Shown piece after piece: positions 48,727 through 59,342 of a stretch of 64,000 nucleotides of DNA. The notes under the pieces are model-generated. The model was not told the origin of the DNA and did not search any database. It worked only from the letters and a program-made list of their open reading frames with translations. This stretch comes from an uncultured Gemmatimonadales bacterium (GTDB lineage: Bacteria > Gemmatimonadota > Gemmatimonadetes > Palauibacterales > Palauibacteraceae): assembly GCA_963783385.1 (NCBI GenBank), contig CAWANJ010000003.1, positions 128,001-192,000 of the forward strand. Reading direction: 5' to 3'. Numbering within the stretch: position 1 is the first letter of the stretch; every line of letters starts with the position of its first letter. A program made the translations under genes and the position numbers.

Positions 48727-49641
48727 CTACAGCCCATCCGCGAACGCCTCCATGCGCCGGCGGAGCGCCCGATCGGGAAGGGAGCCCAGGGCCGCGCCGA
48801 GGTTGTCGGTCACGTGCTCGGGGTTGGTCGTCCCCGGGATCGCGCAGGTGATCGCCGGGTGGGACACCACGTACTTCAGAAAGACCTGCGCCCAGCTGGT
48901 GCAGCCCAGCGCGGTCGCCCAGTCAGGCAGTGGCCGCTCGCCGACGGCCCGGAACAGCCGGCCGCGGCCGAAGGGGAGGTTGACGAGGACCGCCATGCCG
49001 CGGTCGCGGGCCAGGGGCAGGATGCGCTCGGCGGCAGCGCGGTTGTCCAGCGCGTAATCGACCTGGATGAAGTCCAGGGTCTCCTTCTCCATCACGTCCA
49101 CCAGCGCGGCGTGCTGGCGCGAGAACGAGGTCGTGACGCCCAGGTAGCGGATCTTCCCGGCCTTCTTCCACTCGCGCAGCGTGGGGAGCTGGGTCTCCCA
49201 GTCCCGGAGATTGTGGACCTGCATGAGGTCCAGGTGATCGGTGCCGAGCGCCTTCAGCGAGTCCTCCATGCGCAGGACGCCGGCCTCCTTGCCCTGCCGG
49301 TCCACCTTGGTGGCCAGGAAGAGCTCCTTCCGGATTCCGAGCTCCCCGATGAGCTTGCCGAGGACATCCTCCGAGTTGCCGTACGAGGGCGCGGTGTCGA
49401 CCACCTGGCCCCCGCCCCGGGCGAAGGCCTGGAGCGTAGTGCGGAACGGGGTGAGGTCCCCGGCCAGGTCCGCGCGGTAATCGCGCGTTCCGAGTCCCAC
49501 GACGGGCACGGCTTCGCCGCTGGAGGGGATCTTCTTCGTGATGAGTTCGGGTGCGGGCCTCCTACCGGGTCTCCACCCCAGCGTCATGGCGAGGCTCGCG
49601 CCGGCTCCGAGCTCCAGGAACTCGCGTCGGGTCAGCTTCAT
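48727..49641 (-). CDS. Tat-signal aldo/keto reductase
   Basis: TRREFL; DTAPSYG, ATK, QVHN catalytic tetrad; AIPGT. Confidence 0.93.
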   Translation of the reverse strand: MKLTRREFLELGAGASLAMTLGWRPGRRPAPELITKKIPSSGEAVPVVGLGTRDYRADLAGDLTPFRTTLQAFARGGGQVVDTAPSYGNSEDVLGKLIGELGIRKELFLATKVDRQGKEAGVLRMEDSLKALGTDHLDLMQVHNLRDWETQLPTLREWKKAGKIRYLGVTTSFSRQHAALVDVMEKETLDFIQVDYALDNRAAAERILPLARDRGMAVLVNLPFGRGRLFRAVGERPLPDWATALGCTSWAQVFLKYVVSHPAITCAIPGTTNPEHVTDNLGAALGSLPDRALRRRMEAFADGL

Positions 49642-49656
49642 GGCGACCTCCTCGGG

Positions 49657-50991
49657 TCATGGCGAGACGATGCCCGGAACCGCGGCCACGGCCGCTCCGC
49701 GCTGCGCGCGCCGCTCCTGCTCCCGGCCCAGTCGCACGCCGATGACGGCCCACACGGCGGCCAGCGGGGCGGCCACCAGCGCGATGGCACCCAGGGACAG
49801 GCCCAGCGCCTGGAGCCCGGCGAACGCCCAGCCGTTGGCCAGGTCCGCGCCGCGGTAGACGGCTGCATCCAGGAACGCCTTCGACTTGTACTTCTCCTCG
49901 CGGGGAACGACGGTGAACAGGACCTCGCGGGCCGGCTTGGTGATTCCGTAGCGGCCCGCGCGGTACGCCACCTGGAGCGCCACGAGCACGGCGAGCAGCG
50001 GGTAGGTCCCCAGCGCCACGAAGCCCACGGCGACGGCCACCGGCACCAGGGCCAGGCTCACTCCAATTCCCACCGCCTTGATGATACGCCCCGTCAGGTA
50101 GATCTGGAAGAGAATCGTGAGGAGGTTCACCGCCAGGTCGATCTTGGCGAAGAACGCCGTGCGCACGCCCCGGTCCGCGATCGCCCTGCCCACCAGGTTG
50201 GCCTGCAGGAAGTAGAGGACGGTGGAGGCGAAGCTCATGAGGACGATGAAGCCCGCGATCCCCAGCAGGTAGCGCGACCGGAAGATGACCCCGATGCCGC
50301 TGAGGGCCGTGCCGCCGAGCGGCTCCGAGGCGGCTCGGCGCCCGTCTTCGCCGCCGGCCCTCTGCCGCTCCGGCGCCTCGGAACCCCCTCCGAACCGCCG
50401 GTGCAGGACGAGCGCGAACCACGAGGCGGCCTCGAGCGGGACGCAGGCCAGCAGGAGCAGGGTGAAGCGCGGCACGATCTCGGCCAGGCCGGCCGTGAGC
50501 GCCGAGCCGGCGATCCCGCCCAGGGAGCTCCCCACCGCAATGAAGCCGAACAGCCGCCGGGCCTGCTCGTTCCGGAAGCAGTCGGCCATGAAGCCCCAGA
50601 ACACCGTGACCACGAACAGCGCGAACACGCTGGTCCACACGTAGAAGGCCCGGTCGATCCACGGGCGCGCCCCCAGGGGCAGGACGTACAGGGAGGCGAA
50701 GAACGCGACCAGGCAGCCGATGAAGAAGCGGTTGGCCAGCGGCACGAACACGCCGCGCTGGTAGCGCGACGCCACCCACGAGTACAGGGGCACGGCGATC
50801 AGCATCACCAGGAACACGGCCGTCCAAAGGAGCTGGAGATCGCCCCGGTTCGTGGTGCTGATCTCGTCGCGGACCGCTCGCAAGACATAGTAGGAAAAGA
50901 GGATGCAGAAGCCGTAGGCCGTGGCCCACAGCATCGCCCCGATCTCGTCGTCCCGAACGTCGACGAGCCTCTGCACGACGGCCTTCAGCAC
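49657..50991 (-). CDS. MFS transporter of the NTT/AAA (ATP:ADP antiporter-like) family
   Basis: SYYVLRAVRDE, FYVW, QARRLFGFI, KPAREVLFT, KYKSKAFLD, YRGAD. Confidence 0.85.
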   Translation of the reverse strand: MLKAVVQRLVDVRDDEIGAMLWATAYGFCILFSYYVLRAVRDEISTTNRGDLQLLWTAVFLVMLIAVPLYSWVASRYQRGVFVPLANRFFIGCLVAFFASLYVLPLGARPWIDRAFYVWTSVFALFVVTVFWGFMADCFRNEQARRLFGFIAVGSSLGGIAGSALTAGLAEIVPRFTLLLLACVPLEAASWFALVLHRRFGGGSEAPERQRAGGEDGRRAASEPLGGTALSGIGVIFRSRYLLGIAGFIVLMSFASTVLYFLQANLVGRAIADRGVRTAFFAKIDLAVNLLTILFQIYLTGRIIKAVGIGVSLALVPVAVAVGFVALGTYPLLAVLVALQVAYRAGRYGITKPAREVLFTVVPREEKYKSKAFLDAAVYRGADLANGWAFAGLQALGLSLGAIALVAAPLAAVWAVIGVRLGREQERRAQRGAAVAAVPGIVSP

Positions 50992-51116
50992 GCGGAACCG
51001 TCCCGGTCGGTGGTGTCGGGCCTCGGGGGCGCGGGGAGCGGGCGGCTACCCGCCGCCCCTCCGCCCGGCGCCGCCGATCTGACGGTGTGGCTCGCCCGCG
51101 CGGCGGACTCCCCGGA

Positions 51117-51614
51117 TCAGCTCCCCTCTCCGCCCCGCTCGCCCTGCTGACGGTCCAGGACGAGGAGTCCCGCGGCCGAGTCTCCGACGCGCTGGAGCTG
51201 CTCGACGAGCTGCGTGAAGGTCTTCTCTTCCTCGACCTGCTCGTTCACGAACCACTGCAGCATGACCTCGGCGGCGTGGTCGCCCTCGGAGCGAGCCAGG
51301 TCGTAGAGCTTGTCGATGTGCCCCGTCACCTTCTTCTCGTGCTCCAGGGCCGCCTTCATGGCCGCCAGGGGAGAGTCGTAGTCGGCCGGCGGCTTGTCGA
51401 GGCCGCCGAGCTCCACGCGCTGGTTCCGGTCCTCCAGGTGCCGGAGGATGCGGAAGGCGTGCGTGCGCTCCTCGGCCGTCTGGGCTCGCAGCCAGCCGGC
51501 GAAGCCGCTCAGGGCCTCGCGCTCGAACCAGAGCGACATGGCCAGGTAAATGTGCTCGGCCTGCAGCTCGCGGTCGACCTGTGCGTTGAGTGCCTTCCTC
51601 ACCTTCTCCTTCAT
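51117..51614 (-). CDS. Ferritin (non-heme)
   Basis: E.....YLAMS, EERTHA, EHEKKVT, LQWFVNEQVEEE ferroxidase motifs. Confidence 0.95.
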   Translation of the reverse strand: MKEKVRKALNAQVDRELQAEHIYLAMSLWFEREALSGFAGWLRAQTAEERTHAFRILRHLEDRNQRVELGGLDKPPADYDSPLAAMKAALEHEKKVTGHIDKLYDLARSEGDHAAEVMLQWFVNEQVEEEKTFTQLVEQLQRVGDSAAGLLVLDRQQGERGGEGS

Positions 51615-51713
51615 CGCGTCCTCCTCGGATGCGTCTTGATGCGGTCGGGAGTCGACCCTGTCGGATGCGGGTGGCCGGGCGGACCCGGCTCTCGGGCCCC
51701 GGAGGCCGACGAC

Positions 51714-53618
51714 TCAGTAGTCGACGGGACGCAGGTACCATTCCCCGATCGTCGTGTCGGACAACATGGCGACCGTGGGAAGGTGGCGCTTGTAGTGCGT
51801 GCTCTCGAGCCGGTGGCGGACCGTGCCGATCTTGCGCTCGTCGAATCCACACGCGGCGAGCCGCTCCGGCGAGCAGCCGCGCAGGAGGTGGTGGAGGATG
51901 AGGTCGGCCTCCGGATAGGAGACGCCCAGGTCCTCCTCGTCCGTCTGCCCGGTGACCAGCTCGGCGGTGGCCGGCTTCTCCACGATGGCCTCGGGGACGC
52001 CCATGGCCCGTGCCAGCGCCCACACCTGGGTCTTGAACAGGTCTCCGAGCGGGTTGATGGGGGGCGAATCGTCGGCGTGCCAGGTGAAGTAGCCGAGCAG
52101 GCGCTCGGACTTGTTGCCCGTGCCGACGGGGAGCGCGTCCAGGCGCGAGGCCTGGTCGAACAGGACGATCATGCGCTGGCGCGCCATGACGTTGCCCCGC
52201 CGGAGATCCCCGGCGTCGGGCTCGTACTCGCCCAGATACGCCTCCACCGCCCGCCCGATCGAGATCGTCCGCGTCTCGATGCCCAGCTGCTCGGCCACCA
52301 GGGTCGCGTCCTCGAGGCTCTCCTCGCTGGTCACGTCCGAGGGAAGGAGGTAGCCACGCACGGCCGCGGGACCCAGCGCCCGGGCGCACAGGGTGGCCGT
52401 CAGGGAGGAATCCACCCCTCCCGAGAGGCCCACCACGACGTGCTCGAAGCCCCGGCGCATCCGAACCTCCTGGTGGAGAAACTCGAGCAGCCACTCCTCG
52501 ACCAGGGCGGTGTCGATCTCGAGCGGTGAGAGATCGTCGGGAGAGGGCCGGGAGGGGGCGCTCCGGATCTCCGGCGTCTCCCGAGGTCCGCTGTCGTGGC
52601 GCGGCGCGCCCTCGTCCCGGATCCTGGCCTGCGTGGCCGGGTCGCTCGCGGGGAGGCTCGCGCCGAACGGTCGTGCCTCGCCTCCGGGCGCCCCCGCTTC
52701 ACGGCCCTCCTCCGGTCCGGCTCCCTCGCCCCGGCCGCGACCCGGCACGCCGGCCGATGCCTGCAGGATGCGCGGCAGCGCCGACTCGAGGTCGGAGAGC
52801 AGGGGGCTCTCGACCCGGGCCGGGAGGAGCTCGTCCAGGTCCAGGTCGGCGACCAGGAGCGCCTCCCGCCACAGGTCGGCGCGGACGATGGGGCGACCGC
52901 GCGGGCCGTACACGGCGGATCCGCCCGGAAAACCCTTGCCTCCCTCGAAGCCGACGAGCTGCGCCACGGCGACGAACAGCCCGTGCTCCTGGGCGATCCC
53001 GCGGGCAAGCCGGTCCCACGTCTCCAGGTTCCCGGGCATCCCGGGACCCTTGCGCGCGCCGCGCGCCGGGGAGGCGCTCAGGATGAAGATGGCCTGCGCC
53101 CCGTCCAGTGCGGTGAGCATCGGGGGGAGCGAGTGGAAGGCATCCTCGCAGATGAGGAGCCCGGCTCGACCCCAGGAAGTGTCGAAGGCCGCGAAGCTGG
53201 AGCCGGCCTCCACGAAGCGCTCCTCCTGGAACACTCCGTAGGTGGGAAGGAAGACCTTGCGGTGCACGTGCAGGATACGGGCGGCATCGCCGCCGAGATC
53301 TGCGTACAGGGCGGCGTTGTAGACTCGCTCCCGGTGGCGCTCGAAGAAGCCGATTCCCACCTCGATCGTCGGCCCGTCCCCGCCGGCCTCGCGCCACCGG
53401 AGGTCGAGCGCCTCGAACAGCTCCCCGGCCGCGAGGGCGTGCTCGCGCACGCCCCCCTCCATGAAGTACCCGGTGAGGACAGTCTCCGGGAACAGGAGGA
53501 CGCGCGGCCGTGGCTCGAGGTCGAGCACCCGGGCGAACACGCTCCCGATGCGGTCCAGCGTGGCTTCCGGCCGGGCCTTCTCGGGGCGGAGCTGACTGAT
53601 GGCGAGGCGAACGATCAT
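51714..53618 (-). CDS. nadE: Glutamine-dependent NAD+ synthetase (nitrilase plus NadE)
   Basis: FPE, HRKVFLP, ICED triad; GLSGGVDS, GNVMARQRM, GTGNKSE, LFKTQV. Confidence 0.95.
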   Translation of the reverse strand: MIVRLAISQLRPEKARPEATLDRIGSVFARVLDLEPRPRVLLFPETVLTGYFMEGGVREHALAAGELFEALDLRWREAGGDGPTIEVGIGFFERHRERVYNAALYADLGGDAARILHVHRKVFLPTYGVFQEERFVEAGSSFAAFDTSWGRAGLLICEDAFHSLPPMLTALDGAQAIFILSASPARGARKGPGMPGNLETWDRLARGIAQEHGLFVAVAQLVGFEGGKGFPGGSAVYGPRGRPIVRADLWREALLVADLDLDELLPARVESPLLSDLESALPRILQASAGVPGRGRGEGAGPEEGREAGAPGGEARPFGASLPASDPATQARIRDEGAPRHDSGPRETPEIRSAPSRPSPDDLSPLEIDTALVEEWLLEFLHQEVRMRRGFEHVVVGLSGGVDSSLTATLCARALGPAAVRGYLLPSDVTSEESLEDATLVAEQLGIETRTISIGRAVEAYLGEYEPDAGDLRRGNVMARQRMIVLFDQASRLDALPVGTGNKSERLLGYFTWHADDSPPINPLGDLFKTQVWALARAMGVPEAIVEKPATAELVTGQTDEEDLGVSYPEADLILHHLLRGCSPERLAACGFDERKIGTVRHRLESTHYKRHLPTVAMLSDTTIGEWYLRPVDY

Positions 53619-53707
53619 GGTGGCACCAACGTCCGTAAGCCCGGCCCCCCTGTCAACGTCCACAGGTTGCCCCTCGACGCGTGAGCCGCTATCGATCGAG
53701 GCAGACC

Positions 53708-54397
53708 GTGACCAGCCCGATCCCGCGCGTGTACGCGCTCGTCCTCTTGACCGGCCTTCCCCTCCTCGCGGTGCGGGAAGCGTCGCTGGCCCGTGGACTC
53801 GGCGAGCTGCGGCGCGGCGCCGTGTACCTCTCGGCGATCGTGTCGTCGGTTCTGCTGGCCGGTATCACGGTCGCGGTGGCGGCGTGGCAGGATCTGGCCC
53901 CGGCGGGCCTCGGCTGGCGGGTCGGGGCGCCCATGCACCTGGCCGCGTGGGCGGGCGGCGCGGCGGCGGCGGGTCTGGGCCTGGTGGCCGTGCTCACGTG
54001 GGTGTTCGCGCGAGCGGGTGGTGAGGAGAGCCCCGTGCTGCTGGGGCTGATGCCCCGCACGGCCTCCGAGACGGGGACCTTCGTGCTCCTCTCGGTTGTG
54101 GCGGCCGTGTGCGAGGAGTACGTGTTTCGGGGCTTCGCCCTCGGGGTGCTGGCGGCCTGGACCGGCTCGGCGTGGGCGGGGGCCGGCGTGGTGGCGGTCT
54201 CCTTCGGCCTCTCCCACGGGTACCAGCGTATGGGTGGTGTGCTGCGGGCGGCCGGTCTCGGCATGCTGCTGGCCGTGCCCGTCGTGATCACCGGGAGCCT
54301 GTTCCCGGCGATCGTAGCGCACTTCTGGATCAACGCGGTGCTGGGTCTGGGCGGGTGGCGCTGGCTGCTGGACGAGCCCGGGGAAGCCGCGGGCTGA
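53708..54397 (+). CDS. CPBP (CAAX/Abi) intramembrane metalloprotease
   Basis: EEYVFRG, FGLSH, AHFWIN; alternative start 53681. Confidence 0.92.
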   Translation: MTSPIPRVYALVLLTGLPLLAVREASLARGLGELRRGAVYLSAIVSSVLLAGITVAVAAWQDLAPAGLGWRVGAPMHLAAWAGGAAAAGLGLVAVLTWVFARAGGEESPVLLGLMPRTASETGTFVLLSVVAAVCEEYVFRGFALGVLAAWTGSAWAGAGVVAVSFGLSHGYQRMGGVLRAAGLGMLLAVPVVITGSLFPAIVAHFWINAVLGLGGWRWLLDEPGEAAG

Positions 54398-54461
54398 GAC
54401 GTTTCCGACGCGTCGATCGTCGTACGCGTCGGGCGAAGAGCGGACACGAGGAGGGGACGTC

Positions 54462-55640
54462 ATGCGAGGATGCGCTCGGGCGCGGGGACGGAGATCGGCG
54501 GGCCGGCGGCTTGGCGTGGTCGCGGGGTTCGCGCTGCTGGCCCTGACGGCCGGCCCGCGGACGGGTGCGGCACAGCAGGCGAGTGACGGGACGTCGCCGA
54601 CCATCAAGTTCGGCGGCCTGCTGCAGACGGGACTTCTGCTCGGTCCCGGGGACGTGGGGCAGCAGGACGGCTTCCGGGTGTTCGACGCCCGCCTGCGGGC
54701 CGATGGGAAGATCGGCATCGTGTTCGATTACGACGTCCAGGCGGCCTTCGACCGGTCGCAGGACCGTGTGCGGCTGCTGGACGCCCGCCTCACCCTCCCC
54801 ATCAAGCCCGAGCTGGCGGTGAGCCTGGGCCAGTTCAAGGCGCCGTTCGGCGGCGAGGAGCTCCAGGACAAGGGCGACATCACCTTCCTGGAGCGATCCC
54901 AGATCACCAATCTCCTGGCGCCGGGACGCCAGGTGGGGGCCCAGGCGTCGGGGTCCTTCCTGGAGGACCGTCTCACCTACCGGGCCGGGATGTTCAACGG
55001 GAACGGGCGGTCCCTGCAGAACGACAACGGTTCCTTCCTGTACGCGGCGCACGTGCAATTCAACAACGTCGGGCCGGTCGAGTTCTACGAGGACCTCATG
55101 GTGCAGGTGGGAGCCAGCTTCGCCTTCTCGCGCGACAGCGCCGTGGACCTCACCAACGGGGGCGCGTACGTGGGCCGCCCGATCGGTCTCAGGACCTTCG
55201 CCGGCGACCGGACCCTGTGGAGCGTGGACCTGAGGTCCAGCTACCGAGGATTCTTCCTGCGCGGCGAGTACGTGCGCGGCAAGCTGGACCCTCCCGGGGA
55301 GCCGGTATGCGTCAGCGCTCCCTGTCCGACCAATGCGGCCGACGTGGATGGAGGGTACCTGGAGGGAGGCTACAGCTACCTGGGCGCGATCGAGAGCGTG
55401 CTGCGGTTCGACTCGATGACCCGCGGCTTCGTGGTCGCTTCCGGGACCGGACCGGCCGGCTTCACGCCCGAGGGGGGGAGCTTCCTGGTGGTGGGCCTCA
55501 ACCTGCTACCGGGTTACCACACCAAGATCGGGCTGCAGTATGCGTTCGGGCTCGGATCGGCCCGGCTCGGGCCACCGAGCACCGGGGGCGTGGGGCTGGC
55601 GGACGGGCAGTTCGGGCTCGTAACGCAGGTGAGCTTCTAG
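54462..55640 (+). CDS. Outer-membrane porin, OprO/OprP phosphate-selective-like
   Basis: Signal peptide; ARLR, LLDA, GQFKAPFG.E, FLERS, GMFNGNG; C-terminal F. Confidence 0.8.
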   Translation: MRGCARARGRRSAGRRLGVVAGFALLALTAGPRTGAAQQASDGTSPTIKFGGLLQTGLLLGPGDVGQQDGFRVFDARLRADGKIGIVFDYDVQAAFDRSQDRVRLLDARLTLPIKPELAVSLGQFKAPFGGEELQDKGDITFLERSQITNLLAPGRQVGAQASGSFLEDRLTYRAGMFNGNGRSLQNDNGSFLYAAHVQFNNVGPVEFYEDLMVQVGASFAFSRDSAVDLTNGGAYVGRPIGLRTFAGDRTLWSVDLRSSYRGFFLRGEYVRGKLDPPGEPVCVSAPCPTNAADVDGGYLEGGYSYLGAIESVLRFDSMTRGFVVASGTGPAGFTPEGGSFLVVGLNLLPGYHTKIGLQYAFGLGSARLGPPSTGGVGLADGQFGLVTQVSF

Positions 55641-55651
55641 GAAGCCGGGGC

Positions 55652-56329
55652 CTACGAGCCCGCCGTCTCGCGCAGGCCCCGCGCGTGCCGGATGGTCTGG
55701 CCGCGAACCATGTAGATCACGTCCTCGGCCACGTTGGTGGCCAGATCCGCGATCCGCTCCAGGTTGCGGCCGATGAGGATGACCTGCAGGCAGGCGGAGA
55801 TCTCCTCCTCGAGCATGTGGGTCAGCATCACGCGGAACAGCGACTCCTGCAGGGCGTCCACGTGATCGTCGCGGCGCAGCACTTCTTCGGCCCGGGCGGC
55901 GTCGGCCCGAAGGAACGCATCGAGGGCATCTCGGAGCATCGCCCGCGCCATCCGGCTCATCTCGGTCAGCTCCGGGGGTATGGACGGATAGTGGCGGCCG
56001 TCGCGCAGCCGGCCCACCGCCTGCGCGATGTTGACCGCGTGATCCCCGATCCGCTCGAGGTCGTTGTTGATCTTGAGGATCGTCACGATGACCCGGAGAT
56101 CGGAAGCCATCGGCTGGTGCAGCGCCAGCAGCTCGATGGCCGTCTCCTCGATCGTGACCTCGGTCTCATCGATGCCCCGGTCCGCCTCGATGATGGCCTT
56201 CGGGTCGTGATCGCTGCGTCGCCCGGCCAGCTCGGTCGCATCGGCCACGAGGTTCTCCACCTCGTGCGACATGGCCAGCAACTTCTGCTTCAGGGCCTCG
56301 AGCTTGCCTTCGAAATGGGTCTGGACCAT
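55652..56329 (-). CDS. phoU: Phosphate signalling protein PhoU
   Basis: QPMASDLR, DLERIGDHAVNI, NLERIADLATNVAE. Confidence 0.96.
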   Translation of the reverse strand: MVQTHFEGKLEALKQKLLAMSHEVENLVADATELAGRRSDHDPKAIIEADRGIDETEVTIEETAIELLALHQPMASDLRVIVTILKINNDLERIGDHAVNIAQAVGRLRDGRHYPSIPPELTEMSRMARAMLRDALDAFLRADAARAEEVLRRDDHVDALQESLFRVMLTHMLEEEISACLQVILIGRNLERIADLATNVAEDVIYMVRGQTIRHARGLRETAGS

Positions 56330-56348
56330 GGAGCTCCCCGGGGGATGA

Positions 56349-57374
56349 TCAGCCGAACCGACCGGTGATGTAGTCCTCGGTCTGCTTCTCGCTGGGATTC
56401 GTGAAGATACGCTCGGTAGGGCCGAATTCCACGACATAGCCCTTGTAGAAGAAGGCCGTGAAGTCCGAAATCCGGGCGGCCTGCTGCATGTTGTGGGTCA
56501 CGATCACGATCGTGTACTGGTCCTTCAGCGTGTCGATGAGCTCCTCGAGCTTGGCCGTGGCCACGGGATCCACCGCCGACGTGGGCTCGTCCATGAGCAG
56601 CACCTCGGGCTCGACCGCGATCGCCCGCGCGATGCACAGCCGCTGCTGCTGACCACCGGAGAGGGCCGTGCCGGGCTCGTCGAGCTGGTCCTTGACCTCG
56701 TCCCACAGCGCGGCGTCGCGCAGGGCGCTCTCGACCCGTTCCTCGAGCTGGGATCGCGAGATCCTGTAGTGCAGACGGAGACCGTAGGCCACGTTGTCGA
56801 ATACCGACATCGGGAACGGCGTCGGACGCTGGAAGATCATCCCGACCCGGCGGCGCAGGTCGATGAGGTCCATCTCCGGGTCCAGGAGGTTCTCCCCGTC
56901 CAGCAGCACCGTCCCGGAGGCACGCTGGTCCCGGTAGAGCTCGAACATCCGGTTGTAGACCCGGATGTGGGTGGACTTGCCGCAGCCCGAGGGTCCGATG
57001 ATCGCCGTGACCCGGCGCTCGGCGACCTCCAGGTCGTTCCCGAACAGCACCTGCCGGTCCCCGTACCAGAAGTCCAGGCCACGGACCAGGATCTTGGCCT
57101 GTGTCTCCAGCGTCAATGTGTCGGCCGCCGCGTCCGGGGCCCGGTCCCGGACCTCGGGCACGGGCGGTGCCGGGGGCGCGGTCCGCGCGTCGCTCGGCGC
57201 TTCTCCGGCGGCCACCGGATCCGGGTCCTCCCGTCGATCCTCGGCCGGGACCTCCTGCATGCGGGCCTCCTCGGACTCCTGGGCGGCGGACCGTCTGCCG
57301 TTGGATCCCGGACGGGCCGATGCCTCCTCGCGGGTCCCTGGCGAGGAGGGTGCCATCCTCCGGGGTTCGCTCAT
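56349..57374 (-). CDS. pstB: Phosphate ABC transporter ATPase
   Basis: [43 protein letters not shown]; long low-complexity N-terminus. Confidence 0.96.
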   Translation of the reverse strand: MSEPRRMAPSSPGTREEASARPGSNGRRSAAQESEEARMQEVPAEDRREDPDPVAAGEAPSDARTAPPAPPVPEVRDRAPDAAADTLTLETQAKILVRGLDFWYGDRQVLFGNDLEVAERRVTAIIGPSGCGKSTHIRVYNRMFELYRDQRASGTVLLDGENLLDPEMDLIDLRRRVGMIFQRPTPFPMSVFDNVAYGLRLHYRISRSQLEERVESALRDAALWDEVKDQLDEPGTALSGGQQQRLCIARAIAVEPEVLLMDEPTSAVDPVATAKLEELIDTLKDQYTIVIVTHNMQQAARISDFTAFFYKGYVVEFGPTERIFTNPSEKQTEDYITGRFG

Positions 57375-58270
57375 GTCTCGACCTCGCCCACCCGCCAGCG
57401 CGTGAAGACCGTCACCACGAGCACCAGGAGGGTGATCAGCAGGGACGCCCCCCACGCCAGGCGCTGCCAGTCAGAGTACGGGGACATCGCGTAGTTGAAA
57501 ATGGTCACCGTGAGGTTGGCGGTCGGCTCGGCGAAGTCCTTCGGCCAGTAGGGGCTGTTCAGCGCCGTGAACAGGAGGGGCGCGGTCTCTCCGCTCACCC
57601 GGGCTACCGACAGGAGGATCCCCGTGGCCAGCCCCGAACGCGCCGCGCGGAACACCACGCCCAGCGTAGTCTTCCAGCGAGGCGCTCCCAGGGCGAGCGA
57701 GGATTCCCGCATCGCGTCCGGCACGAGGCCGAGCATGTCCTCCGTCGTGCGCGCCACATAGGGGAAGATGAGGATGGCGAGGGACACGCCCCCGGCCAGG
57801 CCCGAGAAGTGGCCCATCGTCACGACCATGAGCGTGTACACGAACAGGCCGGAGAGGATAGAGGGAATGCCCAGCATCACGTTGATCGTGAAGCGGACGA
57901 AGGAGCCGAAGCGGGTGCCCCGACCGAACTCCGACTGGTAGATACCGGTGAACAGGCCCAGCGGAACGCCAATGAGCGCCGCCATGACGGTCATGGCGGC
58001 CGTGCCCAGAATCGCGTTGGCCAGCCCTCCTCCCTCTCCGCCCGGGGGAGACGGGAGGCTGGTGAAGAAGGTCCAGTCCAGCGCCGCCGCGCCCCGCTTG
58101 GCCACCACGGCCAGGATCCAGAACAGGAACACCAGGGCGAACAGGGCCGCGGCGGTCGAGGCGATCCGGACCATCGTGTCGAACGCCCGCCTCCTCGCCC
58201 GCGAGCGTAGCGGGAAGGGAGGGGTCGAGCGGCCCGTCGTCTCCATCGTGTCGTAGGTCGTGTCCATCAT
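57371..58270 (-). CDS. pstA: Phosphate ABC transporter permease
   Basis: [37 protein letters not shown]. Confidence 0.95.
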   Translation of the reverse strand: MMDTTYDTMETTGRSTPPFPLRSRARRRAFDTMVRIASTAAALFALVFLFWILAVVAKRGAAALDWTFFTSLPSPPGGEGGGLANAILGTAAMTVMAALIGVPLGLFTGIYQSEFGRGTRFGSFVRFTINVMLGIPSILSGLFVYTLMVVTMGHFSGLAGGVSLAILIFPYVARTTEDMLGLVPDAMRESSLALGAPRWKTTLGVVFRAARSGLATGILLSVARVSGETAPLLFTALNSPYWPKDFAEPTANLTVTIFNYAMSPYSDWQRLAWGASLLITLLVLVVTVFTRWRVGEVET

Positions 58271-59211
58271 GCGGTCCGTCCACTGGCGCGGCCCAGGCGG
58301 TTGAGCCACAGGTGGGCCGCGATCTGGATCAGGAAGGTCATGACCAGGAGGATGAGGCCGAGCTCGATGAGCGAGCTGCGGTACAGCGGCTCGGAAGCCT
58401 CGGTGAACTCGTTCGCCAGCGTGGAAGCTATGCTGTTCCCGGCGGCGAACAGGGAAGCCGAGAGCTGGTGGTTGTTCCCGATCACGAAGGTGACGGCCAT
58501 CGTCTCGCCGATCGCGCGGCCGAGCCCCAGGAACACGCCGCCCGCCAGCCCGCGGACGCCATACGGTATCGTCACCCTGCGGACGACCTCCCACGTCGTA
58601 GCCCCCATCCCGTAGGCGGCCTCCTCCAGGACGGGGGGCGTCATCGTGAACACGTCCCGCATCACCGCGGTGATGAACGGGATGACCATCAGGGCCAGGA
58701 TGACGCCCGAGGTGAGGATCCCGATGCCCATGGTGGGGCCTTTGAACAGGGGCAGGAAGCCCAGGACGCTCTGGAGGAAGGGCTGCACGTGATCGGCCAT
58801 GTACGGGGCGAACACGAACAGGCCCCACATGCCGAAGATGATGCTCGGGATGGCGGCCAGGAGCTCCACGCCCTGTCTCACCCACTTGGCCAGGCCCGGC
58901 GGAGCCAGCTTCACCAGGAAGAGGGCCGTCGCCAGGCTGAGCGGTACGGCGATGAGCAGGGCGAGGAGCGTCGACAACAGCGTGCCGTAGATGCTGCTCA
59001 GCGCTCCGAACGTCCTGGTGACGGGGTTCCACGTGGACGTCGTGAGGAAGCCGAAGCCGAAGGCCCGGATCGACGGCCAGGCGTTCCGGGCCAGCTCGAC
59101 GAAGAAAGCGGCCATCAGGAGGCAGATGAGGGCGGCGCACGTCACGGCGGCGGCGCGGAACAGGGCGTCGGGCCAGCCCTTGGAGCCGGGGCGGCCGGGT
59201 CGGAGGCTCAC
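58267..59211 (-). CDS. pstC: Phosphate ABC transporter permease
   Basis: ELLAAIPSIIFGMWG, EAAYGMGAT, GRAIGETMAV. Confidence 0.95.
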   Translation of the reverse strand: MSLRPGRPGSKGWPDALFRAAAVTCAALICLLMAAFFVELARNAWPSIRAFGFGFLTTSTWNPVTRTFGALSSIYGTLLSTLLALLIAVPLSLATALFLVKLAPPGLAKWVRQGVELLAAIPSIIFGMWGLFVFAPYMADHVQPFLQSVLGFLPLFKGPTMGIGILTSGVILALMVIPFITAVMRDVFTMTPPVLEEAAYGMGATTWEVVRRVTIPYGVRGLAGGVFLGLGRAIGETMAVTFVIGNNHQLSASLFAAGNSIASTLANEFTEASEPLYRSSLIELGLILLVMTFLIQIAAHLWLNRLGRASGRTA

Positions 59212-59342
59212 GGTCTCACGCGGTCAGAGTGTCGAGGAGCGCCCCGGGAAATCCGGCAGGCCCCGCGGCTCGGGCGAGCCGCCCGCGCCGCGGGGCCCGT
59301 GGGCACCGATGTCGGTGTCGGGCGTCCCGTCGTCGCCCGGCT

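Noticed and set aside
48814-51150. 778-aa plus-strand ORF
   Set aside because: Antisense shadow of the AKR and transporter genes
51625-51669. Three GATGCG repeats upstream of ferritin
   Set aside because: Short and irregularly spaced; no match to Fur/DtxR-type boxes I know
57371-59140. 589-aa PstA ORF
   Set aside because: The extension is an alternative frame of pstC; the real start is 58270
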